Shown here one piece after another: positions 1-7,245 of a DNA stretch of 58,329 nucleotides (the first letter of the stretch is position 1; the number at the start of each line of letters is the position of its first letter). The notes under the pieces are model-generated. The model worked only from the letters and a program-made list of their open reading frames with translations. It did no database searches and had not been told where the DNA came from. Made by a program: the position numbers and the translations under genes. Source of the DNA: an uncultured Bdellovibrionales bacterium (lineage in GTDB: Bacteria > Bdellovibrionota_C > UBA2361 > OMII01); assembly GCA_964654585.1 (NCBI GenBank), contig CAZZJR010000004.1, positions 13,157-71,485 of the forward strand. The letters are read 5' to 3'.

Positions 1-6
1 TAGTTG

Positions 7-867
7 ATGCGTCGTTCGTTGCTGGCTCTCTTGTTCGTGGCTGGAATCTCCCTGTCGGGATGCGGTGACTCGTCCGTTGCAGACGGGCTCGCGCAGCGTG
101 ATGCGAACGAGATCGTTGCCGCGCTGCGAGCGAGGGGTATCGAAGCCAGCACCGAGAAGGAGCGTGGCGCGAAGGGGCGCTACACGGTGTCAGTGTCCTC
201 TGACCGGTTCGGTGAGGCAGCGGCGGCTCTTACAGAGCTTGGTCTGCCTGCGGAGCAGAAGCTCTCCTTCGGTGAGCTCGTTGCGCCATCCGGAATCCTT
301 CCCAGTTCGCGAGAGGTAGAAGCACTGCGCCTCGACCGGGCTGCGGCGGCAGAAATTGAGGCGCTGCTATCACAGCATCCCGGCGTCGCCTCGGCTGGAG
401 TAATCGTGCGGATGCGGGCTACTCAGTCGGGTGAGTCTCCGGCCGTGTCAGTGGTTGTTCAGAAACGGGCTGGAGATGCGCTCGATGAGGCGGCCGTGCG
501 AGAGATGGTGGTGAGGGCCGTGCCAGGGATTCATCCAGAGGGGATCGTCCTCGTGATCGCTGAGCAGCGCCCTCCGCCTGTGGTCGCCGATAGCTCTGGA
601 GCTTCGCTGGTTCCGTTTCTCGTATTCTGGAGAGTTCCGCAAGATGACTACGGCGGGCTCTCCTTGCTGCTCTTGGGTCTTCTTGTCGGCATCACAGCAT
701 TGGCTGGCTTGGCAGGCTACATCTACGGGCAGTACAACCTGAGTCGGCACACCGACGTGCTGCGGGCAGATGGGCTCGACGGCGGCCGGGTAGTGCCGAC
801 GATCGCCGCCCCACTCAAGAGGGATATCGGCGAGGACGCAGGCGAAAGTGGAGATGAAGGGGCATGA
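7..867 (+). CDS. sctJ: T3SS inner-membrane ring lipoprotein (SctJ/YscJ/EscJ family), 286 aa
   Basis: Signal peptide with lipobox LSGC; YscJ-type N-terminus (GLAQRDANEIVAALRARGI, LTELGLP); ring motif EIEALLSQHPGVASAGV; one C-terminal TM helix; much shorter than flagellar FliF. ATG at 7 preferred over TTG at 4. Confidence 0.9.
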   Translation: MRRSLLALLFVAGISLSGCGDSSVADGLAQRDANEIVAALRARGIEASTEKERGAKGRYTVSVSSDRFGEAAAALTELGLPAEQKLSFGELVAPSGILPSSREVEALRLDRAAAAEIEALLSQHPGVASAGVIVRMRATQSGESPAVSVVVQKRAGDALDEAAVREMVVRAVPGIHPEGIVLVIAEQRPPPVVADSSGASLVPFLVFWRVPQDDYGGLSLLLLGLLVGITALAGLAGYIYGQYNLSRHTDVLRADGLDGGRVVPTIAAPLKRDIGEDAGESGDEGA

Positions 868-1088
868 GCGCAGACGGCAAGCAGCGGTTATCGCTGCATG
901 AACAGGCTCTCGTAGCGGTAGCGGTGCTGGTGGACGGCGCCGAAGCTGCGAATGTGCTGGCGCTCGACGCGCGCCGCGGAGACGTGCTGAAGGCTGAAGC
1001 GGCGAGCTGGAGCGAGATCGAGCTCGATGCCAGACTTCCGTTCGTTGGGACGCAGCTCCGCCGAGCGCTTGAGAGAGAGGGGGCTTAA
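864..1088 (+). CDS. Small hypothetical protein of the T3SS-like operon (74 aa, SctK position)
   Basis: ATGA overlap with the sctJ stop; helical amphipathic composition; fills the gap to the next coupled ORF. Confidence 0.7.
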   Translation: MSADGKQRLSLHEQALVAVAVLVDGAEAANVLALDARRGDVLKAEAASWSEIELDARLPFVGTQLRRALEREGA

Positions 1089-1092
1089 GGAT

Positions 1093-1449
1093 GTGGACGG
1101 CGACCGAGAACAGCTCGAAGAGTACCGTGGGCAGGTGCTGGGTGAGGTTGATCGGCGGGCAGATCGGGTTAAGCGGATCGATTCTGAGATCGCAGCGGCT
1201 GATTTTCGCCTTGAGAACCTGGCAGCACAGCGTAGCGCCATCGGTGGCGAAACAGGCAGGCTGCTGGCGCAGGTTGCGTATCGGGCTAAGGTCAAGCGCG
1301 ACCGGGCGAGGCTTCAGGAGCAGCGCGCTGAGGCGGCTGATGACCTGCGGAGCGCTATTGAGCGGCTTGAGCAGGTTGACTCTCAGATCGCGCGGCTCGG
1401 AGACGTGGCCGACGGTACCCAAGTTTCAGGCGAGGAGCAGGTGGAGTAA
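1093..1449 (+). CDS. Coiled-coil protein, SctO/FliJ-like stalk candidate (118 aa)
   Basis: GTG at 1093 after AAGGA; R/E/A/L-rich heptad pattern; directly upstream of sctQ, where sctO usually lies. Confidence 0.65.
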   Translation: MDGDREQLEEYRGQVLGEVDRRADRVKRIDSEIAAADFRLENLAAQRSAIGGETGRLLAQVAYRAKVKRDRARLQEQRAEAADDLRSAIERLEQVDSQIARLGDVADGTQVSGEEQVE

Positions 1450-2487
1450 GTGAGCACTCAGGGAATTCCGCAGAGCGGGGAGGGGAATGACGTTCAGGTC
1501 TGGGACCCACAACGCACCTGCCGCCGAGTCACGCGCGCGGAAGCGCTGCTCTCCCGAGGCTTCCTACGCTGCCGCCCGGAACGTTGGTTCCCGGGGCTAG
1601 CGGGTCAGTGGACCCCCGTCATGCATGCCTTTGGGTGCGAGGTGTCGGTCACGGATATTCGTCCGGCGTTGAATCGGGCACCAGTCGGGGGACACTCGTT
1701 CCTAGCGTCAGTTGCGGGGGAGCCACTTGTGCTCACGGTCGACCCTGATGGCGCGGAGGAGCTGGCGGGAGAGATTGTGCCCGGGGCTGAGTCGGCAGCC
1801 GCTGGAGTCGTGCTTGAGTACATGATGCGCCGGCTCTTCTTTACGCTCGTAACGTCGTGGACGGGACCTGAAACGGTGGGTGCATCTTTCGAGGGAGCTG
1901 CTGGTAGCTCCGCACCGCAGAGTTTGGCGAGTGTTCGGCTCGGAGTTTCGGTCAACACCACCCCCTTCACCGTTTGGTTTGGTCTCGGTCCGAAGATGGT
2001 TGAGACTCTCGACGGATTGTGGCGCAGGCAGGTGCAGTCGACGGCGGCGCGAGCTGCAACGGGCTCGGTGCAGGCGCGCGTTGAGGTGGCGCAGCTTGGT
2101 GTGCCTCCTCAGATGCTCTCGGAGTATCTCAAGGCAGGAACCGTGATCGATCTTGAGGTGCGGGCTTCCGATACGCTCACAGTGCGGGTCGGCGGCAAAG
2201 CTTGGATGCCGGGCAGGATGGTCAACGTTGACGGATTCTTTGGCTGTGAAGTGGCTCCGGGAGCGATCGCCGCGCCGGCAGTCCCTGAGGGAACGACCCG
2301 GCTCTCAGTTGAGCTCGGTAGTGTTGCGCTGGAAGGGCCCCAACTAGCGGAGTTCGGGCAGGCGGGAGCGGTTTTGCTCACCCAAACACCGGTCAGCGAA
2401 AATGTTTCGCTTGTTATTAACCAAGAGGTGGTTGGCAAGGCGAGGCTGTGCGTCTACGAGGGGCGCTTCGCCATCGAGGTGCTGTAG
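1450..2487 (+). CDS. sctQ: SctQ/FliM-FliN-like C-ring (sorting platform) protein with C-terminal SpoA domains, 345 aa
   Basis: SpoA-like segments (YLKAGTVIDL...VRVGGK; RLSVELGSVAL...VSLVINQEVVGKARLCVYEGRFAIEVL); GTG immediately follows the upstream stop. Confidence 0.8.
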   Translation: MSTQGIPQSGEGNDVQVWDPQRTCRRVTRAEALLSRGFLRCRPERWFPGLAGQWTPVMHAFGCEVSVTDIRPALNRAPVGGHSFLASVAGEPLVLTVDPDGAEELAGEIVPGAESAAAGVVLEYMMRRLFFTLVTSWTGPETVGASFEGAAGSSAPQSLASVRLGVSVNTTPFTVWFGLGPKMVETLDGLWRRQVQSTAARAATGSVQARVEVAQLGVPPQMLSEYLKAGTVIDLEVRASDTLTVRVGGKAWMPGRMVNVDGFFGCEVAPGAIAAPAVPEGTTRLSVELGSVALEGPQLAEFGQAGAVLLTQTPVSENVSLVINQEVVGKARLCVYEGRFAIEVL

Positions 2488-2702
2488 GCCCTCCGCCGTA
2501 ACCTGTCGACGGCTCGACGCTTTCAGGTTGGATTGCCCTACCCGTCAGTACCTACAAGGTCCATTTCCTGCCCCGCTATCGATAGCAAGCTGCCCCTGTA
2601 ACGAGCGCCTCGACCCTTGCCGTGCTGTGTGGTAGCTAATCGTGAGTCGACGGGTGCCCCGATGGTCCCCCGGCAATCTTGTAGGTCAATTCAGGAGGTC
2701 GA

Positions 2703-3434
2703 ATGTTCCCTTTTTCAACCACCCTTCGCGGAAGCTGTGCACGCAAACTCATCGCGCTTTCTCTATCGCTTGTCGCTCTCTCTGCTGTCGGCTGTAAGGC
2801 CGGTCCTGCCCCAGATGCGGGCTTCATTCAGAATCCGGAAGTTTTGCGCCAAGACGACAAGCTCCCATTCGACGCAGTTTGGTTCAAGGAGGGGGTAGAC
2901 TTCTCAAAATTTCAGACGGTCTACATCGCTCCGGTTGACACAACGCACCTGCTCAATCTCGATTGGTGGGATAAGGCGAATATCGCTCCCGGCGACCAGC
3001 AATCCCAGGCCGAGGAGCTAGGAGAGTACTTCCGGAATAAAGTTAAAGGTCAGTTCGCCGACGACGACAAGAATAAGCATACGGTGGTCGATACACCGGG
3101 CGATGACACGCTTATTGTAGAGCTTGCTATCGTGGAGGTCGTGCCTACCAAGGTTTGGCTCAACGCCATCGGCTACATCCTTGCTGGACAGCTCGATAAC
3201 GGCTTAACCGCATTCGAGGGCCGTTTCCGTGACGGCAAAACCAAAGAGGTCATCGCAGAGTTCAAGGACCGTGAGTACGGTCAAATCGATATCGTTAGCC
3301 TAGCGGACTTTCAGTGGAACAGGCACTCGCGCCACACCGTAGAAGTGTGGGGAGATCAGCTTGAAGAGGTTGTTTATGTTCAGCCAGGCGCGGCGATCTC
3401 TAGCATGTCATCTGTTACCCTGCGGCCCTGGTAA
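2703..3434 (+). CDS. DUF3313-family lipoprotein
   Basis: RBS GGAGG; lipobox-like AVGC; DUF3313-like motifs (GVDFSKFQTVYIAPV, LIVELAIVEV, EGRFRDGKTKEVIAEFKD). Confidence 0.7.
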   Translation: MFPFSTTLRGSCARKLIALSLSLVALSAVGCKAGPAPDAGFIQNPEVLRQDDKLPFDAVWFKEGVDFSKFQTVYIAPVDTTHLLNLDWWDKANIAPGDQQSQAEELGEYFRNKVKGQFADDDKNKHTVVDTPGDDTLIVELAIVEVVPTKVWLNAIGYILAGQLDNGLTAFEGRFRDGKTKEVIAEFKDREYGQIDIVSLADFQWNRHSRHTVEVWGDQLEEVVYVQPGAAISSMSSVTLRPW

Positions 3435-3486
3435 CTAAGAATTTTGCCGCTAGCAGCCTCGGCTTTCCTGGGGCTATGCTCCGGGG

Positions 3487-4065
3487 ATGGACAGCTCTTT
3501 TTTCGGGGCACTTGTAGCCCTGCTGCTCTTTAGCCAATTCGTCAAGTTCGCGACGGTCCTTTCTGTGTTTCGCTACGGGGCAGGGCTGGTCGGTTTTGAG
3601 CTTGGGGTGGTGACGCTTGTCGCTGCGCTTGGGCTCGCTTTTGCGACGCTCCCGAAAGAAGTCAGGGAGTCTGGTGCCGCGGTTGCGATCGTGTCGGGTG
3701 CCCCGGCGGATACTGTGGCGTTGCGCACCTCGCTTGTGCCGACGATGGCAGCGAGCCTCGACCCGCAGATTGTGAAGGGGCTTTACGGAGCAGATACTTC
3801 TCTCACGCCAGAGTCGCTCAAGAGCGATCTGGGCCGCTTGCTGCCTGCATACACCCTCTCGCAGCTTAAGTCGGCGCTCGTCCTCGGCGTCATGCTGCTT
3901 ATTCCGTTTGTTCTCCTGGACCTCGTTGTTGTGCATGTGCTCTCGCTGCTCGGTATTCAGCAGATCGGAGCGCAGGTTGTCTCGCTGCCTCTCAAGCTCC
4001 TCCTGTTCCTCGCTATCGATGGTTGGGGGCTGCTGGGTGCCAAGCTTCTCGCTGGAGGTGCTTAG
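3487..4065 (+). CDS. sctR: Divergent T3SS export-gate protein SctR/FliP family, 192 aa
   Basis: FliP/YscR signatures FVKFATVLSVFR and LIPFVLLDLVV...VSLPLKLLLFLAIDGWGLL. Confidence 0.88.
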   Translation: MDSSFFGALVALLLFSQFVKFATVLSVFRYGAGLVGFELGVVTLVAALGLAFATLPKEVRESGAAVAIVSGAPADTVALRTSLVPTMAASLDPQIVKGLYGADTSLTPESLKSDLGRLLPAYTLSQLKSALVLGVMLLIPFVLLDLVVVHVLSLLGIQQIGAQVVSLPLKLLLFLAIDGWGLLGAKLLAGGA

Positions 4066-4307
4066 TGCATCAAGAGATTTCGAGTCTCTGGCAGCAGGGC
4101 ACCAAGGTGCTGGTCGTGGTGCTAGTGCCGACGCTTCTTATTCCTGCAGTTGGCCTTCTGTCAGGGTTGCTCCAGGGTATGATGGGAGTGCGTGAAGATG
4201 GCCTCCAGTATGCGCTGCGCGCGCTTGCGCTGGCTGGGGTGGTCCTCGTTTTTGGGGCATCTTTCGCGAGTGCGTTTGCCGAGCTGATGCAGATGGCGCT
4301 GAGGTAG
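4065..4307 (+). CDS. sctS: Divergent T3SS export-gate protein SctS/FliQ family, 80 aa
   Basis: GTG overlaps the sctR TAG; two TM helices; GLLSGLLQ...REDGLQYALRALAL aligns with the GLLxxLxQ...QEQTLxFxxKLL pattern; size and position fit. Confidence 0.78.
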   Translation: MHQEISSLWQQGTKVLVVVLVPTLLIPAVGLLSGLLQGMMGVREDGLQYALRALALAGVVLVFGASFASAFAELMQMALR

Positions 4308-4308
4308 G

Positions 4309-4857
4309 ATGCTTGCCGCGCTCCTTCCCGTCTTCGGACCCGTTCTCCTGATGAGCATCGCTCTCAGCCTTTCGTTCGTGGTGGCTGGCTCGCCGCAGTC
4401 AGCGTTCTCTGGCGCGTTTGCCATCATGCTCCCGGCCGTCGCAGCCGCAGCTTCCCTGAGCATGCTCTACCGATGGTGCTTTCCTAATGCGGACACCCGA
4501 CCGGCTGGGCTGGCGGCCGCGCTGGTTACGCTCCTCATGCTCTTCTCGTCTAGGGATTACCTGTCGCTCTTTTCGTCTTCGGCTTGGCTGGGAGCTGATT
4601 CGGCTAATCTGCTGATTGCAGCGCGCGAGCTTGCGCTTGTGTGGGGGCTTTCCTTAATTTCGGTGATGGCTGTCGTGTTGGTGTTAGAGCTGCCCCTGCG
4701 CTTCATCTTTGCGGGCTGGAGTGGGCCCGGTCAGGAATCGACCCTGCGCAGCGCCCGGTGTGTGGCTTCATGCGCAATAGTAGGCGCCGCCTGGGTCCTG
4801 CTCGAGGAGAGCGCTGTGGAGAGGCTGTTGCACCTTAAGCAGCTCCTGGTGCGGTAG
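4309..4857 (+). CDS. sctT: Polytopic membrane protein, probable shortened SctT/FliR, 182 aa
   Basis: Very hydrophobic and coupled between sctS and sctU; sequence similarity by eye is weak, so the call is mainly syntenic. Confidence 0.55.
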   Translation: MLAALLPVFGPVLLMSIALSLSFVVAGSPQSAFSGAFAIMLPAVAAAASLSMLYRWCFPNADTRPAGLAAALVTLLMLFSSRDYLSLFSSSAWLGADSANLLIAARELALVWGLSLISVMAVVLVLELPLRFIFAGWSGPGQESTLRSARCVASCAIVGAAWVLLEESAVERLLHLKQLLVR

Positions 4858-4860
4858 GGT

Positions 4861-5442
4861 ATGGCTGAGAGCGCATTCGCCGGAAAAGAGGAGCTGCAGG
4901 AGCTTAAGGCAAGAGGGGTAGTATTTAGCTCGCCGCTAGCTACTCGGTCCGTCGTCCTGGCAGCGCTGCTTGGCTCAAGTGTAGCCGGTTGGGAATGGGT
5001 TACATCGGCGCCAGCGCCGGAGACGCTGCCGGCGATGATTGAACTGGCGCGAAGAGTAGGGCTCGCGGCAGTCGTGCTGTGCGCAGTTACCGTTGCGGCA
5101 ACGCTTGTCGTTACTTTGGCCTTCAACGGCTTCACGCTATCCGCAGGTTTTCTCTCACTCAAGATTCGCCCCGTGCGGCGAGAGAGCGTGTGTATAACCC
5201 TGGCGAGTGGGGTGCTTGGCGCCTCGGTGGGCTCTTTGCTCGCCTACGCATTCGCGGGCGAGCTGTTCCTGTTGCTCAGGACCACTGACGCAGCTTCTCT
5301 GGGAGCTAGCCTTGGCCGGCTGGCCTTGAGGCTTGCCAAAGTAGTTGCCCTTGGAGCGGTTGGGGTGGCGGTGATAGTGACACCGGTCACCAGGGCGCGT
5401 TTTCTCTGGCTTCACCGGTCCCGGAAGGGTGTGCGCGAGTAG
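4861..5442 (+). CDS. sctU: SctU/FlhB-like protein, transmembrane domain only, 193 aa
   Basis: N-terminus KEELQELKARGVVFSSPLAT resembles FlhB/YscU KxxxAReeGqvaxSxel; four hydrophobic segments; ends at the post-TM4 helix (TRARFLWLHRSRKGVRE); no NPTH domain; tandem TAGTAG stop. Confidence 0.68.
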   Translation: MAESAFAGKEELQELKARGVVFSSPLATRSVVLAALLGSSVAGWEWVTSAPAPETLPAMIELARRVGLAAVVLCAVTVAATLVVTLAFNGFTLSAGFLSLKIRPVRRESVCITLASGVLGASVGSLLAYAFAGELFLLLRTTDAASLGASLGRLALRLAKVVALGAVGVAVIVTPVTRARFLWLHRSRKGVRE

Positions 5443-5542
5443 TAGTGCAATTTGCAGCAAGGTGCTAGAAAGACCGAGTGAGGGCGGTCATTGGGGCCCA
5501 AAAAGGCGCGCGCTCTCGGATCAATTTTTTCGCCTCGCAGCT

Positions 5543-5791
5543 ATGTCCACAACCATCGGGAGTCCCCCGGATCCATTTTCCCTGTCGCCTCTGCTCTCGC
5601 TCCTGCCATCGTGCGGCTCGGTTTCGCGCCTCGAAGGGATGGTATCTTCTCTCTTTGCCCGTCAAGAGAAGGTGCTGCAGCTCCGCGAGCAGGGCGGTAG
5701 TAAGGAGATTGAGCGTCGTCTTGCCTGTGAGGAGGCGATGCTGCGGCAAGTTCTCGATTGGCTCTCGGCCAAGAGCGGAGGGGGTGAGTAA
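5543..5791 (+). CDS. Small hypothetical protein, 82 aa
   Basis: ATG at 5543; stop overlaps the next start (TAATG); helical C-terminal half. Confidence 0.6.
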   Translation: MSTTIGSPPDPFSLSPLLSLLPSCGSVSRLEGMVSSLFARQEKVLQLREQGGSKEIERRLACEEAMLRQVLDWLSAKSGGGE

Positions 5792-6225
5792 TGGACCTTC
5801 CTTCGCGCAAGCCAACGGATCTCCCGCGGCGTAGTTACTCAAGAGAAGAAGTAGTCGATTTGTACGAGCTTGGAAAACTGTGGCTCGAGACCGGCCAACA
5901 CAAGCGTGCCGAAGACATTATGTCTGGCCTTAACGAGGTTGCGCCGGATTTTGCTCCAGCCTGGCTCGGGACCGCCTTTCTGCGTGGAACACAGCTCGAC
6001 TACGAGGGAGTGGTCGCCGCGGCCACGTCAGCCCTGCGCCTTGAGCCCGACTGCGTTGAGGCGATGCTTTTTGTGGTTATCTCCGCTCTCGCTCTCAAAG
6101 ACTCGAGTATGGCCGGCACCTACCTTGGTGAAGTCGGTGACCGGATCGAGCAGGGGCAGGTCTCTAATCCGAACGTAACCCGGCTGTACAAGATGCAGCT
6201 CGCCCGTTACCAAAACCGTGAGTAG
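5791..6225 (+). CDS. TPR protein, SycD/LcrH (class II T3SS chaperone)-like, 144 aa
   Basis: TPR pattern (LYELGKLWLETGQHKRAEDIM, APDFAPAWLG, ALRLEPDCVEA); size and context match class II chaperones. Confidence 0.72.
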   Translation: MDLPSRKPTDLPRRSYSREEVVDLYELGKLWLETGQHKRAEDIMSGLNEVAPDFAPAWLGTAFLRGTQLDYEGVVAAATSALRLEPDCVEAMLFVVISALALKDSSMAGTYLGEVGDRIEQGQVSNPNVTRLYKMQLARYQNRE

Positions 6226-6295
6226 CTGCAGGGGCTGCCGCTGTTTCGGCCCGCTTGCGCGTACATAATCGCGGGGTCATCAGGAATATTTTTTG

Positions 6296-6365
6296 ACAAA
6301 GAGAGCAGCGAGGGCAGCGAGGGGGCAGAGAGGGGCTCTCTCGCTGCCCTCGCTGCTCTCTTTGT
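6296..6365. repeat. Perfect 26-bp inverted repeat (long hairpin) downstream of the T3SS-like operon
   Basis: ACAAAGAGAGCAGCGAGGGCAGCGAG (6296-6321) is the exact reverse complement of 6340-6365; 18-nt spacer can pair further through G-U pairs. Confidence 0.9.
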
Positions 6366-6626
6366 GAATTTCCCCCTAAACGGGGATGCCTGCTGCGCCT
6401 CTGGTGCCCACGTGATTTTAAAGCGTAACCAGGGGTTTGGCATCTGGCCGCCTGTTGCCGCTCGATTGAGCCTGACAGAGGCTCTCCAAGTTTCTTCCCA
6501 AATATTGCCGGAATCGAGAGTATGGGCGTGTCACTCAAGGGCAGGCTTCCTGGTTCGAAAATAATTGCGATCCATCCCTGCCGGCACTATTCTCCGACCG
6601 AGCCTGTGTATCCGGAGGACTTAGCC

Positions 6627-7226
6627 ATGAAACGTGTATTGGGCCTTATTTTCTCGTGCGCTTTTATTCTCGCCGTTCCGGCAAGCGCTGAGGATATCCA
6701 CGAGGTATTCAAAAAAGTTGAGGAGTACGCTCAACAAAAAAACTTCCCTAAGGCAATGGAGGAGCTGCAGTGGGCGCAGAAGGAGCTCGAGAAGATGCAC
6801 CAACAGCGGCTCGCTGAGCTGCTTCCAGGCAGCATCGATGGCTTCACTGGGGAGGAGCCGCAGTTTCAGTCAGCGATGGGCTTCTCGAGCATCGAGCGTC
6901 AGTACGTGAAAGGCGACGACAGCATTCGCCTCAGCATTGCGGGTGCTGCGGGAGCAGACGGCATGGGCGGGCTCGCTGGCCTCGCAAAGATGGGGATGAT
7001 GATGGGCGGCACTCAGCCGGGCAAAGAGCAGTTCCGGATCGATGGCCGCACCGCGACACTCGATACCTCCGGAGGATCGCCAGAGCTAACGGTGTTGCTT
7101 GAGAGCGGAGGAATTCTTCAGCTACAGGCAAACGGCGAGTCGATTAATGCGGCTTCGCTCAAGAAGTTTGCCCAGGCGATTAAGCTTGGGGATCTGGATT
7201 CGTACCTTAAGGGCGGCAAGAGCTAA
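6627..7226 (+). CDS. Exported hypothetical protein, 199 aa
   Basis: RBS GGAGGA; Sec signal peptide ending in ASA; strong codon bias; Gly/Met-rich internal segment. Confidence 0.8.
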   Translation: MKRVLGLIFSCAFILAVPASAEDIHEVFKKVEEYAQQKNFPKAMEELQWAQKELEKMHQQRLAELLPGSIDGFTGEEPQFQSAMGFSSIERQYVKGDDSIRLSIAGAAGADGMGGLAGLAKMGMMMGGTQPGKEQFRIDGRTATLDTSGGSPELTVLLESGGILQLQANGESINAASLKKFAQAIKLGDLDSYLKGGKS

Positions 7227-7245
7227 CACATACAGGGTAGTTTGC

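Noticed and set aside
448-1422. Long opposite-strand or alternate-frame ORFs (e.g. 448-1422, 18415-19338, 48958-49518, 57084-57641, 57332-57946)
   Set aside because: Shadow ORFs overlapping well-supported genes in GC-rich DNA, with no recognisable motifs.
5543-5791. 82-aa ORF as the detached FlhB/SctU C-terminal domain
   Set aside because: It lacks NPTH and the AVALxY...APxVxAKG motif; only a vague terminal LRQVLDWL resemblance.
7-6225. Interpreting the cluster as flagellar (fliF, fliM/N, fliPQR, flhB)
   Set aside because: The ring protein is a 286-aa lipoprotein of SctJ type, not a two-TM ~550-aa FliF; a SycD-like chaperone is present; no rod, hook or flagellin genes are in the window.
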